Source: Arenicellales bacterium
GTDB lineage: Bacteria > Pseudomonadota > Gammaproteobacteria > Arenicellales > JAJDZL01
Direction of reading: 5' to 3'
Length of the DNA: 64,000 nt
NCBI GenBank assembly: GCA_965206345.1
Contig: OZ242211.1
Location: 2,382,419-2,446,418, forward strand
Positions 1 through 8,705 of this stretch are shown one piece after another; position 1 is the stretch's first letter; every line of letters starts with the position of its first letter. Below the pieces are notes generated by a model. The model was not told the origin of the DNA. It ran no database searches and saw only the letters and a program-made list of their open reading frames with translations. The position numbers and the translations under genes are program-made.

Positions 1-138
1 GCGAATTTCATTGAGAACACCGGGCATGCCAGTGCGACTGAAATCGAATCACTGATTGCTTACATAAAGGAACGTGTCCATGAGGTGCACGGTATTCAAC
101 TTGAACTTGAAGTCAGAATTATTGGAAAAGGAGCATAG
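1..138 (+). CDS. murB: UDP-N-acetylenolpyruvoylglucosamine reductase, C-terminal part (truncated by window edge)
   Basis: Frame 1 reads ANFIENTGHASATEIESLIAYIKERVHEVHGIQLELEVRIIGKGA*, matching the MurB C-terminal pattern (ANF..N.G.A...I..L...V....GI.LE.EV.IIG). It lies directly before ftsQ. Confidence 0.85.
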   Translation, partial: ANFIENTGHASATEIESLIAYIKERVHEVHGIQLELEVRIIGKGA

Positions 139-140
139 CT

Positions 141-1013
141 ATGAACTCTGTGTACAGTCCCTATAGACATTCCAGACTCGAAAGAAGGTCGATTCGAAAC
201 CCCAACTCAGTGGCATCACCAAAATTCAGCCGCAAGGGCACTTATCTGTTTGCCACCGTGTTGAGCGTAACTATGGTCTTTGCGTTCTGTGTTGATTTTG
301 TTTTACAGGGGCAGCGTTTTCCAACGAAGTATATCGATGTTGTTGGAGACCACGCTAAATCGACAACCGATCAGATTGTTAAAGCGGTTGCAGAGGTTTC
401 CACCGGAAACATCCTGCTCGTCGATATTGCGAAAGCGGCAGAAGCGGCACAGTCCTTTTCCTGGGTGGAAAACGCCACTATACGTCGCAAGTGGCCGGAC
501 ACTCTGGAAGTCCAGATCAACACCCGCAAGGTTCAGGCGCGCTGGGGAAATGATGAATATCTTGATCAGTTCGGTACCCCGTTCACGATGCCAATCGAAG
601 TCAGTCAGAAGTTGCCCATGCTAAGTGGCCCCAGAAGTGCTGCGCCGGAAATTCTGGAAGCGTACGACAGTTGGAAAGAACCTGCCAGAAAAGTCGGGCT
701 TGAAATCAAGTCGGTCAAACTGTCCGGTCGAGGCAGTTGGGAGGTAGTTGTCAGTCCGCTTGGCAGTACCGGCACTCTTGAACAAATCGCCAGCGAGCCA
801 GAACCAATCAGGGTAATCATGGGAAGCACCGAAGTCAAGGACAGATCAAAACGTTTTCTCAAGTTGTACGCTGACATTTTTCGACCGGTATCTGAAATGG
901 TCGGAACCGTTGACTTACGCTATCGGGACGGAGTGTCAGTTACATGGAAGGGAACACCCCCGAAATTTCATGGAACTCAGACAATTTTAAATACTGAAAA
1001 CATTAAATCATGA
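141..1013 (+). CDS. ftsQ: Cell division protein FtsQ/DivIB
   Basis: Single N-terminal TM segment, POTRA motif (WVENATIRRKWPDTLEVQI) and C-terminal VDLRYRDGVSV. It precedes ftsA. Confidence 0.9.
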   Translation: MNSVYSPYRHSRLERRSIRNPNSVASPKFSRKGTYLFATVLSVTMVFAFCVDFVLQGQRFPTKYIDVVGDHAKSTTDQIVKAVAEVSTGNILLVDIAKAAEAAQSFSWVENATIRRKWPDTLEVQINTRKVQARWGNDEYLDQFGTPFTMPIEVSQKLPMLSGPRSAAPEILEAYDSWKEPARKVGLEIKSVKLSGRGSWEVVVSPLGSTGTLEQIASEPEPIRVIMGSTEVKDRSKRFLKLYADIFRPVSEMVGTVDLRYRDGVSVTWKGTPPKFHGTQTILNTENIKS

Positions 1014-2296
1014 GAGCAAATAGACAAAGCATTGAAGACCGTACTATTGTAGGTCTCGACATCGGAACTGCAACGGTAACCTTCGTTGTCTGCGCGCAGA
1101 ATGACGAAGGTATTGAAGTCATCGGTATTGGCGACAGCCCAACGGAAGGAATGCAGCGAGGCATGGTGTCCAACATTGAAGCGTTGGTTGAATCTATTGA
1201 GAGAGCGAAGGCGAAGGCATCGAGCATGTGTATGCGCGAAATTGACAGGGTGATAGTCGGTGTGACAGGTTCTCACATTCGGGGAACTAACTCAACCGGA
1301 GTTGTCGCAATTCGGGGCAATGAAGTAACAATCGATGATATTGATCGGGTTACGGAAGCCGCGCAAGCGGTGCCTATCTCAAGCGGCGAAAAACTGCTCC
1401 ACATCCTGTCGCAGCAGTACATCGTTGATGGTCAGACAGGCATCCGGCACCCACTTGGAATGTGTGGCGTCCGACTTGAAGCCAAAGTTCATGTAGTCAC
1501 TGGAAGTGTGAGTTCCATCGAAAACCTATTTAAGTGTGTTCGATCGTGCAACCTTCAGGTGAACAATGTCATCATTAATCATATTGCTTCTGGTCAGGCA
1601 GTACTGTCTGAGGACGAAAAGGCACTCGGGGTTGCTTTGCTGGACATTGGCCACGGTACAACAGACTTTGCCGTCTATAGCGAAGGGTCGATTGTCCACT
1701 CCGCAACCTTTACGACTGCGGGATCAATGATTACGCAGGACATCGCGGTCCATTTGCACACCTCGCAACAGGAAGCTAATCGCATCAAGCAAACCTACGG
1801 TGGTGCATATTCGAGCTCGGTTGACTATAGCGAGTCATTTGAATTGACGATTATCGGCGAACACCGCGCAAGGAAAGCAAGCCGTAAATACCTTGCCGAG
1901 GTAATTGAAGCACGATTGACTGAAATATTTCGTTTGGTGAAAGAAGAACTGAAACAGTCTGGAAAAATTGATCTGATTCGTTCGGGACTGGTACTGACTG
2001 GTGGCAGTTCAAAGCTTATTGACATTGAAAAACTGGCCACTACGATTTTGGGAATTCCAGTAAGGCTGGGTACGACAAACTACACAGGAGAGATGTGTGA
2101 ATTGGTCGGTGACCCCTCGTTTGCGACTGGATTGGGCCTATGTGAGTATGGCTCCTTGATTCAGGAGATGGAAACTGACCTGATTGGCCAAAAAAATATC
2201 AGAAGTCTGCCTGGAAACACAGCAAGCAGGGTGACCAGTTTTATACGCAAGCTGTTCATGCGAGAGGACCATGACCTGTTGCAGCCACATACATAA
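1010..2296 (+). CDS. ftsA: Cell division protein FtsA
   Basis: VGLDIGT, LLDIGHGTT and GLVLTGGSS actin-fold motifs; located between ftsQ and ftsZ. Confidence 0.95.
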   Translation: MRANRQSIEDRTIVGLDIGTATVTFVVCAQNDEGIEVIGIGDSPTEGMQRGMVSNIEALVESIERAKAKASSMCMREIDRVIVGVTGSHIRGTNSTGVVAIRGNEVTIDDIDRVTEAAQAVPISSGEKLLHILSQQYIVDGQTGIRHPLGMCGVRLEAKVHVVTGSVSSIENLFKCVRSCNLQVNNVIINHIASGQAVLSEDEKALGVALLDIGHGTTDFAVYSEGSIVHSATFTTAGSMITQDIAVHLHTSQQEANRIKQTYGGAYSSSVDYSESFELTIIGEHRARKASRKYLAEVIEARLTEIFRLVKEELKQSGKIDLIRSGLVLTGGSSKLIDIEKLATTILGIPVRLGTTNYTGEMCELVGDPSFATGLGLCEYGSLIQEMETDLIGQKNIRSLPGNTASRVTSFIRKLFMREDHDLLQPHT

Positions 2297-2399
2297 CCGA
2301 TTTACAAGTAGCTGTATGAGAGTTTAACGGAGTCGAAAGTGTGTGGTTAGTGAAACGACAAGTTAATGAACAAGGTTTCTAAAAGAGGAGATATTAACA

Positions 2400-3641
2400 A
2401 TGGAATTTACAAAAAAGAGATTTGTACTGCAAACGCAAAAAGAGTTTCATCATGATGCCAGGATCAAGGTTGTCGGAATCGGTGGCGGTGGCAGTAATGC
2501 TGTCGATTACATGATTCCGGAACTGATTGAAGATGTTGAGTGTTATGTTGCAAACACTGATGCTCAGGCATTGGCGAAGTCGAATACCGCCAATAAGCTG
2601 CAGTTTGGCACCAGCACAACCAGGGGACGCGGTGCAGGATTTAATCCGCAACGAGGCCGCGAGGCGGCAATAGAAGATTGTCAAAATTTTATTGACTTTA
2701 TTGGTGAAGCCGAAATGGTGTTCATCACCGCAGGTTTGGGCGGTGGTACCGGTACCGGTGCTGCACCGGTCTTTGCTCGGGCAATTAAAGAGCATAACCC
2801 AGAGATACTCGTCGTTGCAGTAGTAACGATCCCATTTTCTTTCGAAGGTGCGCGTCGCATGGAGTATGCTCAAGCTGGTGCGAGCGAATTGAAAGATTCA
2901 GTTGATTCAATCATTACCATTGCCAATGACAGAATACTGTTGGGCGACATTCCTTTGTCTGATGCTTACGGATCTGCGAACAATGTACTGTTGAACGCAG
3001 TACGGGGCATATCAGATTTAATTGTTCGTACTGGGTTTATCAATGTTGACTTCGCGGACGTGAAAACCATCATGTCAGAAGAGGGTATGGCGATGATGGC
3101 GCATGGCAGTGCCACCGGTGAAGACCGCGCACGAAAAGTGGCGCAGAGCGTTTTAAGCCACCCGTTGCTGGAAGGTATCGAACTGTCTAATGCGAAGGGA
3201 CTTTTAGTCAACGTGACTGCGAGTTCGAAAATTTCGGCTAATGAGTACAAGCAAATCGGAGAAATGATTCAGAACGCTGCATCAAATGCCGAGTCCATTG
3301 TTTCAGGTTTGGTCTTTGATGATGAAGTTGGTGACGAAATTCGAGTTACGGTCGTAGCCAGCGGGCTGACGCTGCCCGAAGATGGAAGTCTTGGTGCAGT
3401 GGAGAGTTCAGCGCAGAATGAAGAATTATCGATGGAAGAGATGCGTGATGAGTTCGACTACTTTGACATGGAAAGTGAAAGTGAAGTAGCTGAAGAGGAA
3501 GTTGTGACGAGTCCGTTTATTGACGAAACTGAAGATGATCAGGAAGAAAATATCCTGGAGATGAGCCACGTGCCAAGCATTTTGAAAAATCGTGGAAATT
3601 TAAGACCCGAAAAGCAATTGAACGGATCGGCAGAAATTTAA
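2400..3641 (+). CDS. ftsZ: Cell division GTPase FtsZ
   Basis: IKVVGIGGGGSNAV, GLGGGTGTG tubulin signature and INVDFADV T7 loop. Confidence 0.97.
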   Translation: MEFTKKRFVLQTQKEFHHDARIKVVGIGGGGSNAVDYMIPELIEDVECYVANTDAQALAKSNTANKLQFGTSTTRGRGAGFNPQRGREAAIEDCQNFIDFIGEAEMVFITAGLGGGTGTGAAPVFARAIKEHNPEILVVAVVTIPFSFEGARRMEYAQAGASELKDSVDSIITIANDRILLGDIPLSDAYGSANNVLLNAVRGISDLIVRTGFINVDFADVKTIMSEEGMAMMAHGSATGEDRARKVAQSVLSHPLLEGIELSNAKGLLVNVTASSKISANEYKQIGEMIQNAASNAESIVSGLVFDDEVGDEIRVTVVASGLTLPEDGSLGAVESSAQNEELSMEEMRDEFDYFDMESESEVAEEEVVTSPFIDETEDDQEENILEMSHVPSILKNRGNLRPEKQLNGSAEI

Positions 3642-3668
3642 CAGAAGTTGACATTCAGTCCGGATAGA

Positions 3669-3719
3669 ATTCTGTACAAATCGCTCAAGTTGGAATTTCC
3701 TGAGCGATTTGTACAGAAT
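3669..3719. other. Perfect 19-bp inverted repeat (stem-loop) between ftsZ and lpxC
   Basis: attctgtacaaatcgctca (3669-3687), a 13-nt loop, then tgagcgatttgtacagaat (3701-3719). No U-tract follows. Confidence 0.7.
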
Positions 3720-3984
3720 CAATGAGCGGTTTGCCATGACTGGCGTTTGTTTTGTCGATACAATATAGTAATATCAGTTACTTATGGATGGATGAGAATC
3801 GCCAGGATTTGAAAATATTGAACTCGATACAGTATGTCACGTATTTCTGTGATTTACGATGACCGTACTGCGGTCGGTTGCCGAAAAATGAAACGAACCG
3901 CAAAATTGTAAAAGAAAATTCTAAAATGCAACAGTATTTGTATACAATATATCTCCGTGTAGGAACATATCTGGTAGATAGAGT

Positions 3985-4899
3985 ATGATCAGACAGAGAA
4001 CCTTAAAAAATGAAATAACAGGGGCAGGTGTCGGACTTCATAAGGGCGTGAAGATTCAGATGAAACTGAAACCTGCACCCGTTAATACAGGAATCGTATT
4101 TAGGAGAACTGATCTCAATCCACTAGTAGAGATTCCAGCGTGTGTTGAAAATGTCTCCTGTACCCGATTGTCTACCACGATTGGCATCAATGGTGCCGAG
4201 GTTTCTACAGTTGAACATTTAATGTCAGCGTTTGCTGGTTTGGGCGTCGACAATGCTTATGTTGATGTGACAGCGGGCGAGGTTCCGATTATGGACGGCA
4301 GTTCGCATCCTTTCGTGTTTCTGATGGAAGCCGGTGGCTTGGAACTGCAATCCGCCCCCAAGAAGTTCATTCGTATCAAGAAAGCCGTGACCGTTCAGGA
4401 AGGCGATATGTGGGCAAAATTTGAACCCTACCACGGGTTTAAAATTTCTTTCGCCATTGACTTTGATCATCCTGTGATCAAAAACTCCAATCAGAGAGTC
4501 GAGGTTGATTTTGCGACTGCATCCTACAAAAACTATATTTCTCGAGCCCGAACGTTTGGATTTGTGTCGGAGCTAGAGAATTTACACTCAAAGGGTTTGG
4601 CCCGAGGCGCAAGCATCAGAAATGCGGTTGTAATGAATGACTACCATGTGATGAATGAGGATCAGTTGCGCTACGAAGATGAGTGCGCCCGTCACAAAGT
4701 GCTTGACGCAATTGGAGATATTTATCTTTTAGGGCATCCATTGATTGGTTCCTTTTCTGCTCACAAGTCAGGTCACTATCTGAACAATCAATTGTTGGTC
4801 GCCCTGAAGCAGGACGAAACTGCTTGGGAACTGATTGATTACGAACGATACGAAGACATGCCGTCATCAATTCTTCGGCTGGACCCGGCGATCGCCTAA
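3985..4899 (+). CDS. lpxC: UDP-3-O-acyl-N-acetylglucosamine deacetylase
   Basis: MIRQRTLK start, TVEHLMSA and HKVLDAIGD zinc motifs, ISRARTFGF. Confidence 0.97.
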   Translation: MIRQRTLKNEITGAGVGLHKGVKIQMKLKPAPVNTGIVFRRTDLNPLVEIPACVENVSCTRLSTTIGINGAEVSTVEHLMSAFAGLGVDNAYVDVTAGEVPIMDGSSHPFVFLMEAGGLELQSAPKKFIRIKKAVTVQEGDMWAKFEPYHGFKISFAIDFDHPVIKNSNQRVEVDFATASYKNYISRARTFGFVSELENLHSKGLARGASIRNAVVMNDYHVMNEDQLRYEDECARHKVLDAIGDIYLLGHPLIGSFSAHKSGHYLNNQLLVALKQDETAWELIDYERYEDMPSSILRLDPAIA

Positions 4900-4925
4900 A
4901 GTCAGAACAATTTCAACTAAACAAT

Positions 4926-4954
4926 AAAAACCGCTTCTTTGAAGCGGTTTTTTT
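4926..4954 (+). terminator. Intrinsic terminator after lpxC (potentially bidirectional)
   Basis: aaaaaccgcttc-ttt-gaagcggttttttt: a stem flanked by A and T tracts. Confidence 0.85.
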
Positions 4955-5080
4955 GTGTTACGGTGCTTGCATTATTGCATCACGGAAAGTTTTAGGAGAA
5001 TCGTGTTGCATTGCCCATGGCAATTGAAGTAAAAATGCTATATTCATAGTAATCTAATCCGTCTAGACTAGGAATTTGAT

Positions 5081-5920
5081 ATGAGTACAGAAGAAAATAA
5101 CACATCAACACCGGAAAAATCACGTAAGCGTGTCAAAAAATCAGTTTATGAAAGCGAACTGTTTCGAATGCAGTTGGAACTCGTTAAGATGCAGGAATGG
5201 GTGAAAGAGAATGGTCTGAAAGTCGTAGCCATTTTTGAAGGCCGCGATGCTGCCGGAAAGGGTGGAGTAATTAAGCGAATAACTCAGCATCTAAGTCCCA
5301 GAATTTGTCGAGTCGCGGCACTACCCGCACCAACAGAGCGCGAGAAGACACAATGGTACTTCCAACGGTATTGCGCCAATCTCCCCGCTGCAGGTGAAAT
5401 CGTTCTGTTTGATCGAAGCTGGTACAACCGGGCTGGCGTTGAGCGAGTCATGGGCTTTTGTACGGATGAGGAATATCGTGAGTTCATGCGAAGCTGTCCA
5501 GAATTCGAACGGATGCTTGTCAGGTCTGGGATAAAACTGATTAAGTATTGGTTCTCGGTTTCCGACGATGAGCAGGAAAAGCGATTTCAGAGTCGACTGC
5601 TTGAACCACATAAGCGATGGAAACTATCACCGATGGATCTGGAATCGCGAACTCGCTGGCTGGAATATTCGAAAGCGAAAGATCAAATGTTCGCACACAC
5701 CGATATCAAACAAGCTCCTTGGTATGTTGTTAATGCAGATGATAAACGACACGCGAGACTCAATTGTATTCGTCATTTTCTGACCATGGTTCCGTATGAA
5801 GATCTGACTCCAGAACCGATCAGTTTGCCTGAACGGGTGGAAGGTTTAGGTTATGTTCGACCGCCAATGTCTGATCAAACCTTCGTTCCCGAATTCTACC
5901 CCAGTAATGATGACTCTTAG
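5081..5920 (+). CDS. ppk2: Polyphosphate kinase 2 (single-domain, class I-like)
   Basis: FEGRDAAGKGG Walker A, FDRSWYNRAG Walker B and KRWKLSPMD lid motif. Confidence 0.93.
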   Translation: MSTEENNTSTPEKSRKRVKKSVYESELFRMQLELVKMQEWVKENGLKVVAIFEGRDAAGKGGVIKRITQHLSPRICRVAALPAPTEREKTQWYFQRYCANLPAAGEIVLFDRSWYNRAGVERVMGFCTDEEYREFMRSCPEFERMLVRSGIKLIKYWFSVSDDEQEKRFQSRLLEPHKRWKLSPMDLESRTRWLEYSKAKDQMFAHTDIKQAPWYVVNADDKRHARLNCIRHFLTMVPYEDLTPEPISLPERVEGLGYVRPPMSDQTFVPEFYPSNDDS

Positions 5921-6438
5921 ATGACCTCATCGGGCACCTAAAACAAATGATGGATTTTTGAAAATTACGCGCTGATGGGGTTAGGCCTATGACTTTGCAG
6001 GCCGCTGCCTGATCAGCGTTCACACTGGAGCTGAATTGCGAACGTGTAATTTGCCATCAATATTCACGAGATTCGATTGTCGCTGATTTGCGAGTCAGCG
6101 CAAACAATTCCTGTTGAATTGTTGTCTACCCATCCCGCCATCCGTCGGCTTTTTATCCGAGTGCGAAGCGTAAAAACAGCCTGAATGGAGAATTCGAAAA
6201 TCTTTAAATAACGCTTGGTTCGAGGTAACTTTCAGTGAAGGACTGGAGCGAGTTTCAAACAACGTAACTCGCGCATTTAAGTTTGTGTAGCAAACCTGAC
6301 TATACGACCTTTCCACTCTTAAAGAGCACTACGCTTCTCCAAACAGCATGAACTTTATTCCCTTGCATGTTCAAGTTATTTTGATCCTGCAAAGCAATAT
6401 CGGAATATTGAATTTTTGTGAATTTAACAACTCAGATG

Positions 6439-6458
6439 TTGACAATTTTTGTACAAAA
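6439..6458 (+). promoter_or_regulatory. Possible -35 box (TTGACA) with adjacent 12-bp palindromic operator TTTTGTACAAAA
   Basis: TTGACA at 6439-6444 and the palindrome at 6447-6458, about 100 bp upstream of the MmgE/PrpD gene. No clear -10 box at canonical spacing. Confidence 0.3.
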
Positions 6459-6555
6459 TTTGAACATTATTTTTGGCGGCAATAGTCAAAAGACATTTGT
6501 TCAATTGTTTTGCTCCCTTAGCCTTTGACTAGTTCCTAATTTAGGTTTCTATGCA

Positions 6556-7869
6556 GTGACATTGCGATTCGCTGAATTTTCGGTCTCAGCACAATTGACG
6601 CCTAAAATGGTTGATGCTGCAAGATGGGCAATCGTCGACGGTTTCGCCGTAATCCTGGCAGGAGCCAACAGTGAAGTCGCTGTGAGAGTTGCTGACGGGT
6701 TTGTTGTCGATGGCCAAGGCGTAGTTCCCGTTTACGGTTCCAGTCAACAAACCTCACCAGGCCAGGCAGCATTGATAAATGCTGTTGCCGGGCATGCCTA
6801 TGACTTGGATGACTGGGAAGCTGCGGCCAATACTCATCCGACCGTCGTTCTGCTACCTGCACTGCTGGCGGTGTCATACAACAAGCCGGTATCCGGACAG
6901 CAATTGCTGATTGCATACGCGGTCGGTTTTGAGTTAATCGCTCGCCTGGGTGAGGCCGTAACTTTGGATCACTACAACCGGGGATTTCATTCCACCGCAA
7001 CCATTGGATCAATTGGCAGCGCAGCTGCAGTGGCAAAACTGCTTGATCTTGACGTACGGACTACCGCTAACGCGTTGTCCATCGCAGCTACTCAGGCATC
7101 GGGTTTTACCTTGCAATTTGGTACCAATGTAAAGCCATTGCAGGCAGGATTTGCTGCGAGAAACGGTGTCGAAGCAGCCTTGCTTGCCAAAGCGGGTATC
7201 ACTGCAAATACTGACATCATTGAAAATGAACGGGGTTTCGCTGGTCTTTTCGCTATTGCTGGACAGCCCATGACAAAACTGGGTGATCCGTGGGCTTTAG
7301 TTGAGCATGGAATTGCGCTGAAACCCTGGCCAACCTGTTCCTATGCACACCGACTGATGACGGCTGCAATCGAACTAAGACCCAAGGTTATTGATCGCCT
7401 TCACAGCATTGTTTCAATTGAAGCAACATTACCCGATTTACATAGACGCATTCTTCCATTTGACCGACCGACGAAAACTGAAGAAGCGCTGTTCTCAGTA
7501 CCAGCATGTATCACCAAAATTTTGTCGGACGGTGATTTGAATCTGGAGGATCTAGCTGCCAAATTTTGGGAAAGACCACTGGTTCAAGAACTGATTCAGT
7601 TGGTAAATATCAATACGGAGCCTGCAAAAAATACAAATTTAAATTTAGACCCTGATCAACCTGACCGATTGCGGATAGTTATGGAACAGGAGGTAATTGA
7701 AACAACTTGCTCTTTTCCGCTAGGTGCCCCATCAAACCCGATCAGCAAAGCTCAATTTGCGAAAAAGTTCATAGATTGCTCCGGTCTGACTAGGACCGAA
7801 TTGGATCGATTTCTGGAGTGGCCTACCTGTGACAACGTTAATGAGCTGTTCACTACCGATGTAATCTAG
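6556..7869 (+). CDS. MmgE/PrpD family protein (2-methylcitrate dehydratase fold, substrate unknown)
   Basis: GTG start; AALINAVAGHAYDLDD, HPT, GFHST and KPWPTCSYAH motifs typical of the family. Confidence 0.85.
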   Translation: MTLRFAEFSVSAQLTPKMVDAARWAIVDGFAVILAGANSEVAVRVADGFVVDGQGVVPVYGSSQQTSPGQAALINAVAGHAYDLDDWEAAANTHPTVVLLPALLAVSYNKPVSGQQLLIAYAVGFELIARLGEAVTLDHYNRGFHSTATIGSIGSAAAVAKLLDLDVRTTANALSIAATQASGFTLQFGTNVKPLQAGFAARNGVEAALLAKAGITANTDIIENERGFAGLFAIAGQPMTKLGDPWALVEHGIALKPWPTCSYAHRLMTAAIELRPKVIDRLHSIVSIEATLPDLHRRILPFDRPTKTEEALFSVPACITKILSDGDLNLEDLAAKFWERPLVQELIQLVNINTEPAKNTNLNLDPDQPDRLRIVMEQEVIETTCSFPLGAPSNPISKAQFAKKFIDCSGLTRTELDRFLEWPTCDNVNELFTTDVI

Positions 7870-7938
7870 AGTTGCAGATACCGATTGGCAGGTTAAATTG
7901 CCAATATGCTCAATTGTACTGGCCTGCTAATGCCCCCA

Positions 7939-8403
7939 TCACTTCTTCTCCGCACTAATTCGGCTCAAGCGCAGAAAGGTTTCTTTGGTTTCGGGGTTGG
8001 AAGAATTCTTTGCAATTTCAACAAAGACTTGACTTAGCCTTGCAGGTAGCAATTGTGCTTGAGGTTCTTCCGTATCGACTTTAGTCTTGCGCGGTGTATT
8101 TCGTTTACCTTCAACAGCAACTCGTATCACTATCTCTTCAAGGTCTTCGAAACCCCACTGATTCATCTGAGAAAGTATGGTTGATTGACTATTGAAGAGT
8201 TCGTATGCCCAGGTTGAAGAATTGACGGTTACAGCTAGTGAGTTCCCCTCAATCTGCAACTTGGTGGTGTTGTCAGCGATGTTTTGCCCGGCTGCTTTTT
8301 TCCAATGACGAAAAATTGTGGTCTCAGTAAATGATTCCGGTGCGCTTGGCAACTCAACTTTGGTGAGGAAGTCAGACAGTTTTGAGTAGTTGGAATCTGA
8401 CAT
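7939..8403 (-). CDS. dciA: DciA/DUF721 replicative helicase loader
   Basis: W...AG..IA..T.....GNSLAVTVNSSTWAYEL pattern; divergent from secA at the usual syntenic position. Confidence 0.75.
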   Translation of the reverse strand: MSDSNYSKLSDFLTKVELPSAPESFTETTIFRHWKKAAGQNIADNTTKLQIEGNSLAVTVNSSTWAYELFNSQSTILSQMNQWGFEDLEEIVIRVAVEGKRNTPRKTKVDTEEPQAQLLPARLSQVFVEIAKNSSNPETKETFLRLSRISAEKK

Positions 8404-8705
8404 GGAAGTTAACTTCGATAGGGTTTGCCGGAATCAAAAAAACGGGTCAACATTCAATAAAATATTAGTCTGCACAAGTTGTTTATCCGTAACTAGTCCC
8501 TATTTTATGTTGTACCGGGACTGTCTGAAATGCTGTATAGGATCCGGCAACCGACTGCACCTAAACAAGTTTAAAGTACTGCTTTTGCTTGTTGAGTCAA
8601 CCACAAGATAAAAATCAATCAATTTTTCTGCTAACCGATGTTGTTCTGTTCACCGGCCATCGACTGTAACATTAGCCATTCCATCGCTACAACTCCTGAA
8701 TTTTT

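Noticed and set aside
5940-6400. Decayed gene or transposase in the ppk2-MmgE gap
   Set aside because: All frames have several stops, and I recognised no family motif.
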